Origin: Desulfurellaceae bacterium
Lineage (GTDB): Bacteria; Desulfobacterota; Binatia; Bin18
DNA length: 64,000 bases
NCBI GenBank assembly: GCA_021296095.1
Contig: JAGWBB010000002.1
Span: forward strand, 21,463 to 85,462
Direction: 5' to 3'
How positions within the stretch are numbered: position 1 is the first letter of the stretch; each line of letters begins with the position of its first letter. The notes under the pieces are model-generated. The model was not told the DNA's origin. It did not search any database and was given only the letters and a program-made list of their open reading frames with translations. A program made the translations under genes and the position numbers. Shown in pieces: positions 32,850 to 41,920 of the stretch.

Positions 32850-33775
32850 CCGAGCCGAACCCGGCCGACGCGCCGGTTTCGCGCCAGGCGGCGTCTGACG
32901 CCTGGCCGGCCGTCTTCCGCGCCTACGCGGCCGAGCCGCTCGCCCAGCGCCCGGCCGGATCGACCGGAAAGCGGGGGGTATGTCGGCTGGCCTTCGCCGT
33001 CCGCTCGGATACGACCCGACTGGGCCACGCCTTTGTCTCGCATCCGTTTCACTGCACCCGGCCGTGGTATCTCGACCCGGCCGTGCCGGGCATGGCTGTG
33101 GTATACGTCCAAACTCCGGCCGGCGGACTGATCCAGGGCGACCGCGCCGAGCTACGGTTTAGTCTGGACGCCGGCGCCCAGGTTCATATCACCAACCAGG
33201 CGGCCGAGAAGATCCACACCATGACGGCCAACTGCGCCCTCCAGCGCGTCGGCTTCAGCCTCGGCCCCGGGGCCTACGCCGAGTACTGCCCCGAGCCGCT
33301 GATCCTGTTTCCCGGGGCGCGTTTCGGTCAGGCGCTGCGCATCGAGCTGGCGGCCGGGGCGAGTTTTCTGGGAACCGAAGTCATCCTGTCCCGAGCCGCA
33401 GCCGACGGTGCGACTTTTGAGGCGTTCAGCACCAGCCTGAGCGTCGTGGACGCCGAGCGGCGCGTTCTCGTCCGAGACCACGGCCTGGCCCTGCCCGCCC
33501 AACTCCCCCTCGACGGGCCGGGAGTCCTGGGCGGATATCATGTCTGGGGCCAGGCTTTCCTGGTCGGTCCCGACATTCCGGCCGACTGGGCTCACGAACT
33601 CCAGGCCGACCTGCCGGGAACGGTCTGGGGGGTCAGCCTGTTGCCGCAAGAGCGCGGCATCAGCGTCAAGGTCGTCGGCTCGGAGGTGCAAGCCGTCCGG
33701 CGTCTGCTGTTCAGCGCCTGGCAGCTGCTGCGGCTGCGTCATCGGGGCGTGCCGGCGCCCCATTTTCCAAAATAG
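32819..33775 (+). CDS. ureD: Urease accessory protein UreD/UreH
   Basis: Position and UreD-like sequence. Start uncertain. Confidence 0.7.
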   Translation: MDTARAAVRLAEPNPADAPVSRQAASDAWPAVFRAYAAEPLAQRPAGSTGKRGVCRLAFAVRSDTTRLGHAFVSHPFHCTRPWYLDPAVPGMAVVYVQTPAGGLIQGDRAELRFSLDAGAQVHITNQAAEKIHTMTANCALQRVGFSLGPGAYAEYCPEPLILFPGARFGQALRIELAAGASFLGTEVILSRAAADGATFEAFSTSLSVVDAERRVLVRDHGLALPAQLPLDGPGVLGGYHVWGQAFLVGPDIPADWAHELQADLPGTVWGVSLLPQERGISVKVVGSEVQAVRRLLFSAWQLLRLRHRGVPAPHFPK

Positions 33776-33795
33776 TCGGCAGACGAGGGAGAACC

Positions 33796-34341
33796 ATGCT
33801 GCGGATACGCAAACGGCTGGGCAATATGCACACCGACCCCGAGGTCGCCGAGCAGGTCCGGCGCTGGCGACAATCGGCCCGGCTGGAGGAAGTCAGCCTC
33901 GACGAGCGCGACGCCCACAAGAGCCGCCTGCGCGTCCAGACCGCCAGCGGTCTCGTCCTGGGTCTGATCCTGCCGCGTGGCACCAGCCTGGGCGAGGGCG
34001 ACGTGTTTGCCCTGGCCGACCAGGACGGGGGAGTGCTGATCCACATCAGTCTCCAGGAAGTCATGGTCCTCACCCCCTCGTCCGAGACCGACCCGGCCGA
34101 ACGGCTCAGGCGCGCGGTGCGGCTGGGCCACGTGCTGGGCAATCAGCACTGGCCGGTGGCGTTTGTCGGAGAGCACATCCTGGTGCCCGTGTCGCTGGAC
34201 CGGGCGGTGATGGAGACGGTGTTACGGACGCACCGCATGACGGACTGTTTTCGCATTCGCTACGAACGCCGTGCCTGGCCGCGCGATCAGCAGGGCGCCT
34301 CGCCAACTCACACCCATGAACGCCCAGATGAACATGGATGA
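33796..34341 (+). CDS. ureE: Urease accessory protein UreE (His-containing C-terminus)
   Basis: UreE fold motifs and a C-terminal HTHERPDEH tail. Confidence 0.75.
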   Translation: MLRIRKRLGNMHTDPEVAEQVRRWRQSARLEEVSLDERDAHKSRLRVQTASGLVLGLILPRGTSLGEGDVFALADQDGGVLIHISLQEVMVLTPSSETDPAERLRRAVRLGHVLGNQHWPVAFVGEHILVPVSLDRAVMETVLRTHRMTDCFRIRYERRAWPRDQQGASPTHTHERPDEHG

Positions 34342-35024
34342 ACATGGACGATAGCGCACTGCTGGCCGCCCTGCAGCTGGCCGACTCGTTTTTTCCGTCC
34401 GGCATGGTCAACCTGTCGCACGGGCTTGAGACCTTTGTGAGCCTGGCACCGGACACCGACGTGCGGCGTCTGCTCGAAGATTATCTCCGCTACAAAGTCG
34501 CCCCGCTCGAACTGCTGGCCTATCTGCACGCCTACCGGGCGGCCGAAGCGGCCGACCTCGAACGGCTGCACGAGGTGGACCGCGCGCTGAGCGCCTCGCT
34601 CCTGCCCCAGGAGTTACGCCAGGCCTCGGCCCGCTCGGGCCGGGCCATGCTGGAAAGCCTGCGCCCGTCGGAAAACGACGCCCTCTTCCGGGCCTTTGTC
34701 AGCGAGATTGACCGGCGCCGCAGCCAGGCCAACGGCCCGGTGTGTCTGGCCGTGGTATGTGTCGGCTGGCAGGTGCCGCAACGGGCCGGCGGGATTGTGC
34801 TGCTGCACAGCTTCATGGTCAGCTTTGTGAGCGCCGCCCTGCGGCTGGGCAGCCTCGGCCACCGCCAGGCCCAGGCCATCCTGCGCGACCTCCGCCCCCA
34901 GCTGTCGTCCCTGGTCGATATGGTCTGGCAACGCGAGCTGGACGAGCTGGGCGGCTTTACCCCCCTGGCCGACATCCGGGCCATGCAGCACGCCTATCTG
35001 CCGGTGCGGCTGTTCAGCAGCTGA
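34338..35024 (+). CDS. ureF: Urease accessory protein UreF
   Basis: LQLADSFFPSGMVNLSHGLE motif. Confidence 0.8.
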   Translation: MNMDDSALLAALQLADSFFPSGMVNLSHGLETFVSLAPDTDVRRLLEDYLRYKVAPLELLAYLHAYRAAEAADLERLHEVDRALSASLLPQELRQASARSGRAMLESLRPSENDALFRAFVSEIDRRRSQANGPVCLAVVCVGWQVPQRAGGIVLLHSFMVSFVSAALRLGSLGHRQAQAILRDLRPQLSSLVDMVWQRELDELGGFTPLADIRAMQHAYLPVRLFSS

Positions 35025-35087
35025 GCGCCACATGCCGGCAGCCCCGACACCGGCTACATCCCGTGGGCCGAGAGGCGCTGCACCGGC

Positions 35088-35885
35088 TCAGCTGGCCTGC
35101 ATCAGGAAATGCAACACCTCGTTGCGCAGCTGGGTGTACTCCGGCAGATCGATAATCGTCTCCCGTCGCCGCGGCCGAGGAATCCTGACATCTAAGCATT
35201 CGGCCAGACGGGCGGCGGGGCCGGTACTCATCAAGGCAACGCGGTCCGAGAGCAGAATCGCCTCATCCACGTCATGCGTCACCATGAAGACCGTGGTGCC
35301 GGTTGCCTCCCACATCTTCATCAGCTCTTGTTGAATGACACCTCGGGTGAGGGCGTCGATCTGGGCAAACGGCTCGTCCAGCAGCAACACTTTCGGCTGA
35401 ACGGCAAACGCCCGCGCCAGCCCGACCCGCTGCCGCATTCCGCCGGACAAGAAGGTCGGTTTCTTGTCGGCCGCACCGAGCAGGCTCATCATGCTGAGAT
35501 ACTTTTGGGTGTGGCTATCAACCTGCCCTCTGTCCCACTCCGGATAGGCCGCTTTGACCGCAATGCGGACATTGTCAAACGCGGACAGCCAGGGCATCAG
35601 GGCAAAGCTCTGGAACACGACCATCCGGTCCAAGCCCGGCTCGACAACCTCCCTGCCGTCCAGGATCATGCCGCCTTCGGAGGCCGTCTCAAAACCGGCC
35701 AGGATATTGAGCAGCGTACTCTTGCCACACCCCGAGTGACCAACCAGGGTAAGAAATTCTCCCTCCTCGATCTGGAGCGAGACATTCTCAAAGACACAGA
35801 AGGTGTCCGCATTGTGGCCGTTGCCGGCCGCGCCCTCGCGGAGCGGAAAATGCTTGGTCACGTGGTCGATTTCAAGAAAGGACAT
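35088..35885 (-). CDS. ABC transporter ATP-binding protein (NrtD/CynD-type, nitrate/cyanate/bicarbonate family)
   Basis: Walker A GHSGCGKST, LSGGMRQR signature, Walker B LLLDEP. Confidence 0.85.
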   Translation of the reverse strand: MSFLEIDHVTKHFPLREGAAGNGHNADTFCVFENVSLQIEEGEFLTLVGHSGCGKSTLLNILAGFETASEGGMILDGREVVEPGLDRMVVFQSFALMPWLSAFDNVRIAVKAAYPEWDRGQVDSHTQKYLSMMSLLGAADKKPTFLSGGMRQRVGLARAFAVQPKVLLLDEPFAQIDALTRGVIQQELMKMWEATGTTVFMVTHDVDEAILLSDRVALMSTGPAARLAECLDVRIPRPRRRETIIDLPEYTQLRNEVLHFLMQAS

Positions 35886-35974
35886 CCTGACCTCCCTCCA
35901 ATAGGGACGACGCCTGCGCCGTCCCTACCATCCCGGCTAGCGTGCTGGAATGCTCTGGGGAATTGGCAAATGCT

Positions 35975-36970
35975 CTAGTCTGTATATGTCACCAACCGGG
36001 CAAGCCGATTGAAGCCGGAATCGAGCACGATCCCCACCACGCCGACAATCAGAATGGCAAACATCACGCCGGAAATGTTGAGGTTGTTCCACTCAATCCA
36101 GGTCAAATAGCCCATGCCGAGTTCGCCCAGCAGCATCTCGGCAGGCACCACAGCCACCAGGGCACTGCCAAAAGAGATACGCAAACCCGCGATAATGGTC
36201 GGTGCTGCCGCAGGCAGGATGACCATGACGAGGCGGCGGGTCCAAGACAGCTGCAGTAATCGAGCGACCTGGATGTACTCCTTGCGGATCGAACTCACCC
36301 CAAATGCCGTGTTGGCAATGGTTGGCCACAGCGAAGCCATGAAGACCACAAGAATAGCGGTCCAGGTCGGGTCTTGCACGCTGTACAATAAGAGCGGCAT
36401 CCAGGCCAGGGGAGAAATCGGTTTCAAGATTTGAATAAAGGGGTTCAGGGCCTGGTACAGCGGTCGCGACAGACCAATCAGAATCCCGATACACACGGCG
36501 ATCAGCGAGGCCGACATAAATCCGGCCGCAAAACGCGTCACCGTATAGACGACCAGATGACCGACCCCGTGATCGTTGGTGCCCTTCTTGTGGAACGGCT
36601 CTGACAGCTCCTCAACCGTTTTCCTGGCCAGAATGAGAGGGCCCGGGATGCCTCGGATTTTGTCGGGATTGTAGAGGTAGCTTCCCTGCTCGGTCCGGAT
36701 AATATCCCCGTTGAACTCCATGGTCATCAGCTGATCTTGTGTCAGGCCGGTCGGGTCAAACGCGGGCTGAAGGGTCACCACGTGCCAAACCGCCAGAAAA
36801 AAGGCCAGCAGCGCGACCGACAGGAGCCAGGGCTGGCCTTGAAGAGACATTTTTTGTCCCGGCGGCCGCGCACGCGCGTCAGCACCCTGCCTTTCGCCTG
36901 CCTCACCCTCCGCCTGCCGCATGAGCAGGGCCGTTGTGGTGTCTCGCAGGGTTACAACACGTGTGTTCAT
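35975..36970 (-). CDS. ABC transporter permease (NrtB/CynB-type)
   Basis: Polytopic binding-protein-dependent permease. Start uncertain (36970, 36850 or 37006). Confidence 0.75.
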   Translation of the reverse strand: MNTRVVTLRDTTTALLMRQAEGEAGERQGADARARPPGQKMSLQGQPWLLSVALLAFFLAVWHVVTLQPAFDPTGLTQDQLMTMEFNGDIIRTEQGSYLYNPDKIRGIPGPLILARKTVEELSEPFHKKGTNDHGVGHLVVYTVTRFAAGFMSASLIAVCIGILIGLSRPLYQALNPFIQILKPISPLAWMPLLLYSVQDPTWTAILVVFMASLWPTIANTAFGVSSIRKEYIQVARLLQLSWTRRLVMVILPAAAPTIIAGLRISFGSALVAVVPAEMLLGELGMGYLTWIEWNNLNISGVMFAILIVGVVGIVLDSGFNRLARLVTYTD

Positions 36971-36974
36971 AGCC

Positions 36975-37418
36975 TTACCATTTGCGGTACGGGAGAAACT
37001 TGCCACTATAGGTCACAACGACCCGATCCCCTTTCGGATCTTCCTGTTTCTGAATATCGATCTCAAAGTCGATGGCGCTCATGATGCCGTCCCCGAACAT
37101 CTCGTGGATCACGGCCTTCATTGCCGTGCCGTAGACCTGGGTGATTTCGTGAAACCGATAGATGAGCGGATCGACCGGGACCGTGGTGTCCAAAGCCCCT
37201 TTAAGGGGGGGCTCCTGGAGTGGGGCGGTCACCTCTGGGCTTGTGCCCAAGACCTCGGCCAGCTGCCGCGCTTCGGCTGCCGACAGCGTCGCCTGGCCCA
37301 TCAGGGCGGCGGCGACCCAGACCTTGTCTCTGGCCAGGGTCTTTGCCAGGTCGGCGAAAGACAGCCCTTTCTCTTTTTTGGCGGTCAGTAATATGTCCAG
37401 TGCTTCCTGCCGTGTCAT
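36975..37418 (-). CDS. cynS: Cyanate hydratase (cyanase)
   Basis: 147-aa protein with the cyanase C-terminal domain (LIYRFHEITQVYG...FGDGIMSAIDF...GKFLPY). Confidence 0.9.
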   Translation of the reverse strand: MTRQEALDILLTAKKEKGLSFADLAKTLARDKVWVAAALMGQATLSAAEARQLAEVLGTSPEVTAPLQEPPLKGALDTTVPVDPLIYRFHEITQVYGTAMKAVIHEMFGDGIMSAIDFEIDIQKQEDPKGDRVVVTYSGKFLPYRKW

Positions 37419-37439
37419 GTTGTGTCCTCCTTTGCCTGA

Positions 37440-38630
37440 CTAGAGATTGCTGATCGGAAAACTCTTGACGTATTCCTCAGGTTTACCGGGGTCAAAAGTC
37501 TTTCCCATCAGGACATGCGTACTATAGGTCTGGGCGTGATCGTCGTAGCCAAGTTCCCGGGAAATTTTGTCGCACTCCGAGGCCAGATATACTTCCTCGG
37601 CGACCTTTTGATAATCAAAGTCGCTCTCGACATGCTTCCAGCGCTTCATCTGGGTCAGAATCCAAACCGCCATCGAATGCCACGGAAAGGGATCGAAGTC
37701 GATCCGGTCCGGCACATTCCGAATATTGCCGAGTCCGTCGGCAAACCTTCCGGTCAGGACTTGCTCAAGCACGATGACGGGTTGGTTGAGGTAGTTTTTG
37801 GGCGCAATGGCTTTGGCGATGTCTTTGCGGTTCTCCGGTTTGGAGGCGTAGTGGGTTGCGTCCACAATAGACTTGAACAGGGCCAGGAACGTATTGGGAT
37901 AGCTTGACGCAAACTCTTGAGAAATGGCAAAGGCACAGCACGGGTGCCGATCCCAGATCTCTTTTGACAGCAGGTAAATGAATCCGGCGTTTTCGTACAC
38001 CGCCCGTTGGTTAAACGGGTCGGGGGCGAGATAGCCGTCGACGTTTTCGGCTTTGAGGTTGGCCACCATCTCCGGCGGCGGAACGACCCGAATCTGTACA
38101 TCCTTGTCCGGGTGGACGCCGCCCTCGGCCAGATAGTAGCGCAGCAAGTAGTTGTGCATGGAGTAGCGAAAGGGCACACAGAAGCGGAAGCCCTTCATGT
38201 CTTGGGCCGATTTGACCTCCTTGTGCTTGGTATGCAGGGTAATGGCCTGGCCGTTGATGTTTTCCACCGCCGGCATGAAGTAGGGCACCTGCTGTGAGCC
38301 GGCCCCGAGCGTAATCGACAGGGGCATCGGACTCAGCATATGGGCCGCGTCAACGTCTTTGTTAATCGACCAGTCGCGCACCATTGCCCAGCCGGCGGCG
38401 CGACGAACCTTGGCGTTCAGCCCGTGTTTTTCGTAAAACCCCATGGGCTCGGCCATGATAATCGGCGTGGCGCAGGTAATCGGAATAAAGCCGATCGTCA
38501 GGTCTGTCTTTTCAATCGCGCCGGCCTTTTCCTGGGCCATGGCTTTTGCGGTTTTGAGGGGGAAGAAGGTCTCGATGAGCGCCGCCGCCCCGCCCGCCCC
38601 AACCAGCTGCATGAAGCGGCGCCGCTTCAT
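37440..38630 (-). CDS. ABC substrate-binding protein (NrtA/CynA-type) with a TAT signal
   Basis: TAT motif RRRFMQLVGAGGAAAL at the N-terminus if the start is 38630. The ORF is open to 38819. Confidence 0.8.
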   Translation of the reverse strand: MKRRRFMQLVGAGGAAALIETFFPLKTAKAMAQEKAGAIEKTDLTIGFIPITCATPIIMAEPMGFYEKHGLNAKVRRAAGWAMVRDWSINKDVDAAHMLSPMPLSITLGAGSQQVPYFMPAVENINGQAITLHTKHKEVKSAQDMKGFRFCVPFRYSMHNYLLRYYLAEGGVHPDKDVQIRVVPPPEMVANLKAENVDGYLAPDPFNQRAVYENAGFIYLLSKEIWDRHPCCAFAISQEFASSYPNTFLALFKSIVDATHYASKPENRKDIAKAIAPKNYLNQPVIVLEQVLTGRFADGLGNIRNVPDRIDFDPFPWHSMAVWILTQMKRWKHVESDFDYQKVAEEVYLASECDKISRELGYDDHAQTYSTHVLMGKTFDPGKPEEYVKSFPISNL

Positions 38631-39027
38631 GTCATTCCCGCCAAACAGGGCTCGCACCACCGTGCTCTCAACGGCCCGGTCAATGATTTTTTCGGAGGTG
38701 TCAGGCAGAGCCTGGTTGTCCGGCGTGGGCTGCCCACCATGGTCGTGGGCATGCTCAAGCGAGGTATTGGGATCGAAAGGATCTTGTAAGCTGTTATGGG
38801 CCATACACATGCCCTCCAAGCAAGAGGATTCGTTCCGCTAAGAAAGAGAACGTGGGAGAGAAGAACAGCAATTCACGTGCCAAGACACCGCGCAGAGCGC
38901 GGAAAGCCAAAAGACACGGAAAAACAAGGCGTTTACCGCAGGGGAAACGAACACAGATCAAACGAGCCGGGCACAGGGGTGTTTGTGGAGCAACAGAAGA
39001 GCACAAAACTGTTCATTCAATAGGCAG

Positions 39028-39058
39028 TGTTTGCAATAAACAGTGTTTGCAATAAACA
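39028..39058. promoter_or_regulatory. Two tandem copies of the 15-bp palindrome TGTTTGCAATAAACA upstream of the cyn transporter operon; candidate operator
   Basis: Perfect inverted repeat TGTTT-N5-AAACA, duplicated head to tail, in the divergent region between the SBP gene and the porin gene. Confidence 0.5.
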
Positions 39059-39103
39059 GCGTGTGACTGCTCAAGACGAACCGCCACAACGCCTCGCTTG
39101 CAT

Positions 39104-39133
39104 AAAAAAAGGGAGCCGGAAGCTCCCCTTTTC
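39104..39133. terminator. Rho-independent terminator hairpin GGGAGC-CGGAA-GCTCCC with an A-tract on one side and a T-tract on the other (bidirectional), at the 3' end of the minus-strand porin gene
   Basis: GC-rich stem-loop flanked by AAAAAAA and CTTTT. Confidence 0.7.
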
Positions 39134-39154
39134 TACTGACCATCTGGAGACCGC

Positions 39155-40699
39155 TCAGATCCTCAGCGTCATCTCAATATAGCCAAAGTTGGCGTCGTCG
39201 CCCGGGAATATCCGGTCCACAATGCTGTCGCCGAACACGTGGGCAAAGAAGACATTGACGTTGACGTGCTTGTTGACCGTGTAGCTCAGCGTGGTTTCGA
39301 TGATCTGGAACAGACCGCGTTTGCCGAACGCCGGCCGACCGACATAGCCAAAGCCGGCCTGACGATCCTCCAGCGTTGCCCCGGCGCCCTGGTACCACAG
39401 GTCGTTTTTCTCGCTGACCCGAATGTTGTGAAAATCGGTCCGCCAGATCAGCCCGGTGAGCGGCCGGAGGATGAGCTGGAAGAAGGCGTCCTCGTTGTTC
39501 ATCAGGTTGTAGAAGGTGGTGAACGAGTACACCCGGGCGGTGGGCAGGATCTGGAAGAAGGTCTCGTGGTCGCCGTCGGTGGGATCGTCGTCACCCGAGC
39601 TGCGGTTATAGCCGATCCGCAGCCAGGGTTTCCAGGGCAGGCCCTGTGGCTGCCAACCCGCCTCGAAGGCCAGCGCCCAGGCCGCATGGTCCTGCCGGCC
39701 CCAGTCGCCACCCTGTCCGACGCCCCAGCCCATCAGGTCGATGGGGCCGGCGGGAGTGGGCAGCAGGTGGATCAGATGGCCACCCCCGGTATGGATGGCG
39801 ATATGCTGGCGGTCGGCGTCACGCACCGCAGCAGGCCTGTTATCGGTCGGCCGCAGACCACGTCCATCGGCATAATAGATGTAAAACAGACGGGCGTCGC
39901 TGGTATCGGCAAACGACGGCCGGGTTATGTTGAACGCGGTGTACAGCAGGTCGATATCGTCTATCATTTTGATGCCGGCCAGATCGAATCCGCCCTGGGT
40001 CGGGTGAGAGCCGTGGACGGTCAGGTTATAGGCGTCCCTGGTATAACTGAAAGTGAATCCGTCGTATGAGCGACCGGTGTGCGACCAGCCAAACGGACCG
40101 ATCAGGCGCTGCGAGACGCGAAAGCGCTTGATCCAGTCGATAGTCGGGTCCTGGCTCAACACCTCGGCACCCTCGGCGATCAGGTGGCGGCCGCCCTTCA
40201 GCCTGAGGCCGGGAATACCGAGGTTTTTCAGCGTCAGATGCGCCTGTTTGAGAAAAATACCCGAGTCGTTATTGCGACGGTTGTGGGCACGATAGACTGT
40301 GCCGAGGCCAAACGCGGCCTGAGGGGCGGGGGCGCTGGCGTCGTCGGGCAGACCCATGAGCGAGGAGTTCTGGGCCTCCACGTACAGGTCGAACAGCTCA
40401 TCCGACCACTTCAGCCCAAACTTGGCTACGGTTGCCGCGTAGGCATAGGAAGGGTCACCCGACGAGCCCTCAAACCAGTCCCAGAACTCTCCCCGCACCC
40501 GCAGGTTGGCCGAGAGCGACAGTTTGGAGGAAATCTGGGGCAGCGCCATGTCTGCCCGGAGCCCGGACGGCAGGAACGCAAACAGGCACAGCGCGGGCAG
40601 GCAGAACGCGAGCAGAAGAGCCCGTCCGGGCCGTTTGAGAATAGGCCGATCCCTCATAGGTGTCATATGAGAAAGCCAAAGGTGTCGTCGCATCAGCAT
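39155..40699 (-). CDS. Outer-membrane beta-barrel protein (alginate-export/porin-like) next to the cyn transporter
   Basis: Signal peptide (LLLAFCLPALCLFAFLPSGLRA), beta-strand periodicity and a C-terminal aromatic motif. An alternative start is at 40666. Confidence 0.6.
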   Translation of the reverse strand: MLMRRHLWLSHMTPMRDRPILKRPGRALLLAFCLPALCLFAFLPSGLRADMALPQISSKLSLSANLRVRGEFWDWFEGSSGDPSYAYAATVAKFGLKWSDELFDLYVEAQNSSLMGLPDDASAPAPQAAFGLGTVYRAHNRRNNDSGIFLKQAHLTLKNLGIPGLRLKGGRHLIAEGAEVLSQDPTIDWIKRFRVSQRLIGPFGWSHTGRSYDGFTFSYTRDAYNLTVHGSHPTQGGFDLAGIKMIDDIDLLYTAFNITRPSFADTSDARLFYIYYADGRGLRPTDNRPAAVRDADRQHIAIHTGGGHLIHLLPTPAGPIDLMGWGVGQGGDWGRQDHAAWALAFEAGWQPQGLPWKPWLRIGYNRSSGDDDPTDGDHETFFQILPTARVYSFTTFYNLMNNEDAFFQLILRPLTGLIWRTDFHNIRVSEKNDLWYQGAGATLEDRQAGFGYVGRPAFGKRGLFQIIETTLSYTVNKHVNVNVFFAHVFGDSIVDRIFPGDDANFGYIEMTLRI

Positions 40700-41159
40700 G
40701 AATGTTCTCCTCCCTATCCCTGCCCTGTAAGTTAGCTAGCAAAAGAGAGACCAATCCTGTCAAAAGGCACGAGAGGGTGAAAGGAGCGCAGAATGACCGA
40801 ATTTATGACTCATTTCAAGCAGCTGTGTTTGAACAGGGAACAGGACGGTGCCGATTGCATAGGCACAACACCAACAATCTGCTGCGCGAGCAACAGACGT
40901 GGTGGGCACGTCAGATGATCGTTTCGTGCGCTTTCAGCACACCGGGTGCCCTAAAAACGGGCAGAAGGCGGGTTCAGACCGGTCTACTGTGGTCGTATCT
41001 CCACGAAAAACAAGGAGATAAGCGCTCAGCGTGATTTGGCACGTTTCCTGCCTTCACTATGGACCAACTGCATGACAGAACAGCCCTCCTGACATGCACC
41101 CTCCAGAGAGTCGGCCCCCCTCCTGGCCGGCTCTCTGCCTCCAAGGGATGGTGTTCCCC

Positions 41160-41906
41160 TCACATCTTTTGTGTAGCGTGCTGCGGGCGATGGTCGGCGC
41201 TGCCCTCGGTGCGGACCGCCCGGACAATCTGGGCCACTCCACCGCACAGCCGCTGTTTGCTGACCCGCTCGAATCCGGCGCTCTCAATCAGGCGCTGCAA
41301 CTCCCGGCTGTCGGGCAGGTAGGAGACCGAGCGTGGCAGGTAGGCATAGGCTGCGGCGTCGGATAGCAGAGCGCCAAGCCGGGGCACGATGCGGTTGAAA
41401 TACACCGCATGGGCGCGGCGTATGAGGCCGTTGGTGGGTGTATCGACCTCAATCAGGACCAGCCGTCCGCCGGCCTGGAGCACCCGGGCCGACTCGGCCA
41501 GCACGGCCGGAATCGACACGAAGTTGCGCAGCGCAAAGCCGGACACTACCGCGTCGGCCCAGGCCGACGGAAAGGGCAGCCGCCCGGCGTCAGCCTGCAC
41601 CCAGTCGGCCCGAATACCGCGCCGCCGCGCGCCGGCCAGCATCCGTCCGGCAAAGTCGACGCCCACCACCCAGGCCCCGGTCTGAGCGACCAGGGTACTC
41701 AGGTCGCCGGTCCCGCAGCCCAGGTCAATGACCCGGTCGCCGGCGCCAATCCCGGCCGCCCGCACCGCGCGCCGCCGCCAGCCCTGGTCCAGCCACAGCG
41801 AAATCAGGCGGTTCAGCATGTCGTAGCGCGGCGCGATGCGGTCGAACATGGCGCGCACGACGGCCGCCTTGTCCGCAGCGTCGGGCAACACGGATCGCTC
41901 TTTCAT
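41160..41906 (-). CDS. Class I SAM-dependent methyltransferase (UbiE/MenG-like)
   Basis: Motif VIDLGCGTGDL and UbiE-like N-terminus FDRIAPRYDMLN. Confidence 0.75.
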   Translation of the reverse strand: MKERSVLPDAADKAAVVRAMFDRIAPRYDMLNRLISLWLDQGWRRRAVRAAGIGAGDRVIDLGCGTGDLSTLVAQTGAWVVGVDFAGRMLAGARRRGIRADWVQADAGRLPFPSAWADAVVSGFALRNFVSIPAVLAESARVLQAGGRLVLIEVDTPTNGLIRRAHAVYFNRIVPRLGALLSDAAAYAYLPRSVSYLPDSRELQRLIESAGFERVSKQRLCGGVAQIVRAVRTEGSADHRPQHATQKM

Positions 41907-41920
41907 CGCTGCCGAACGGC

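Noticed and set aside
39239-40735. Plus-strand ORFs of 276 and 218 aa
   Set aside because: Antisense to the alginate-export-like porin gene.
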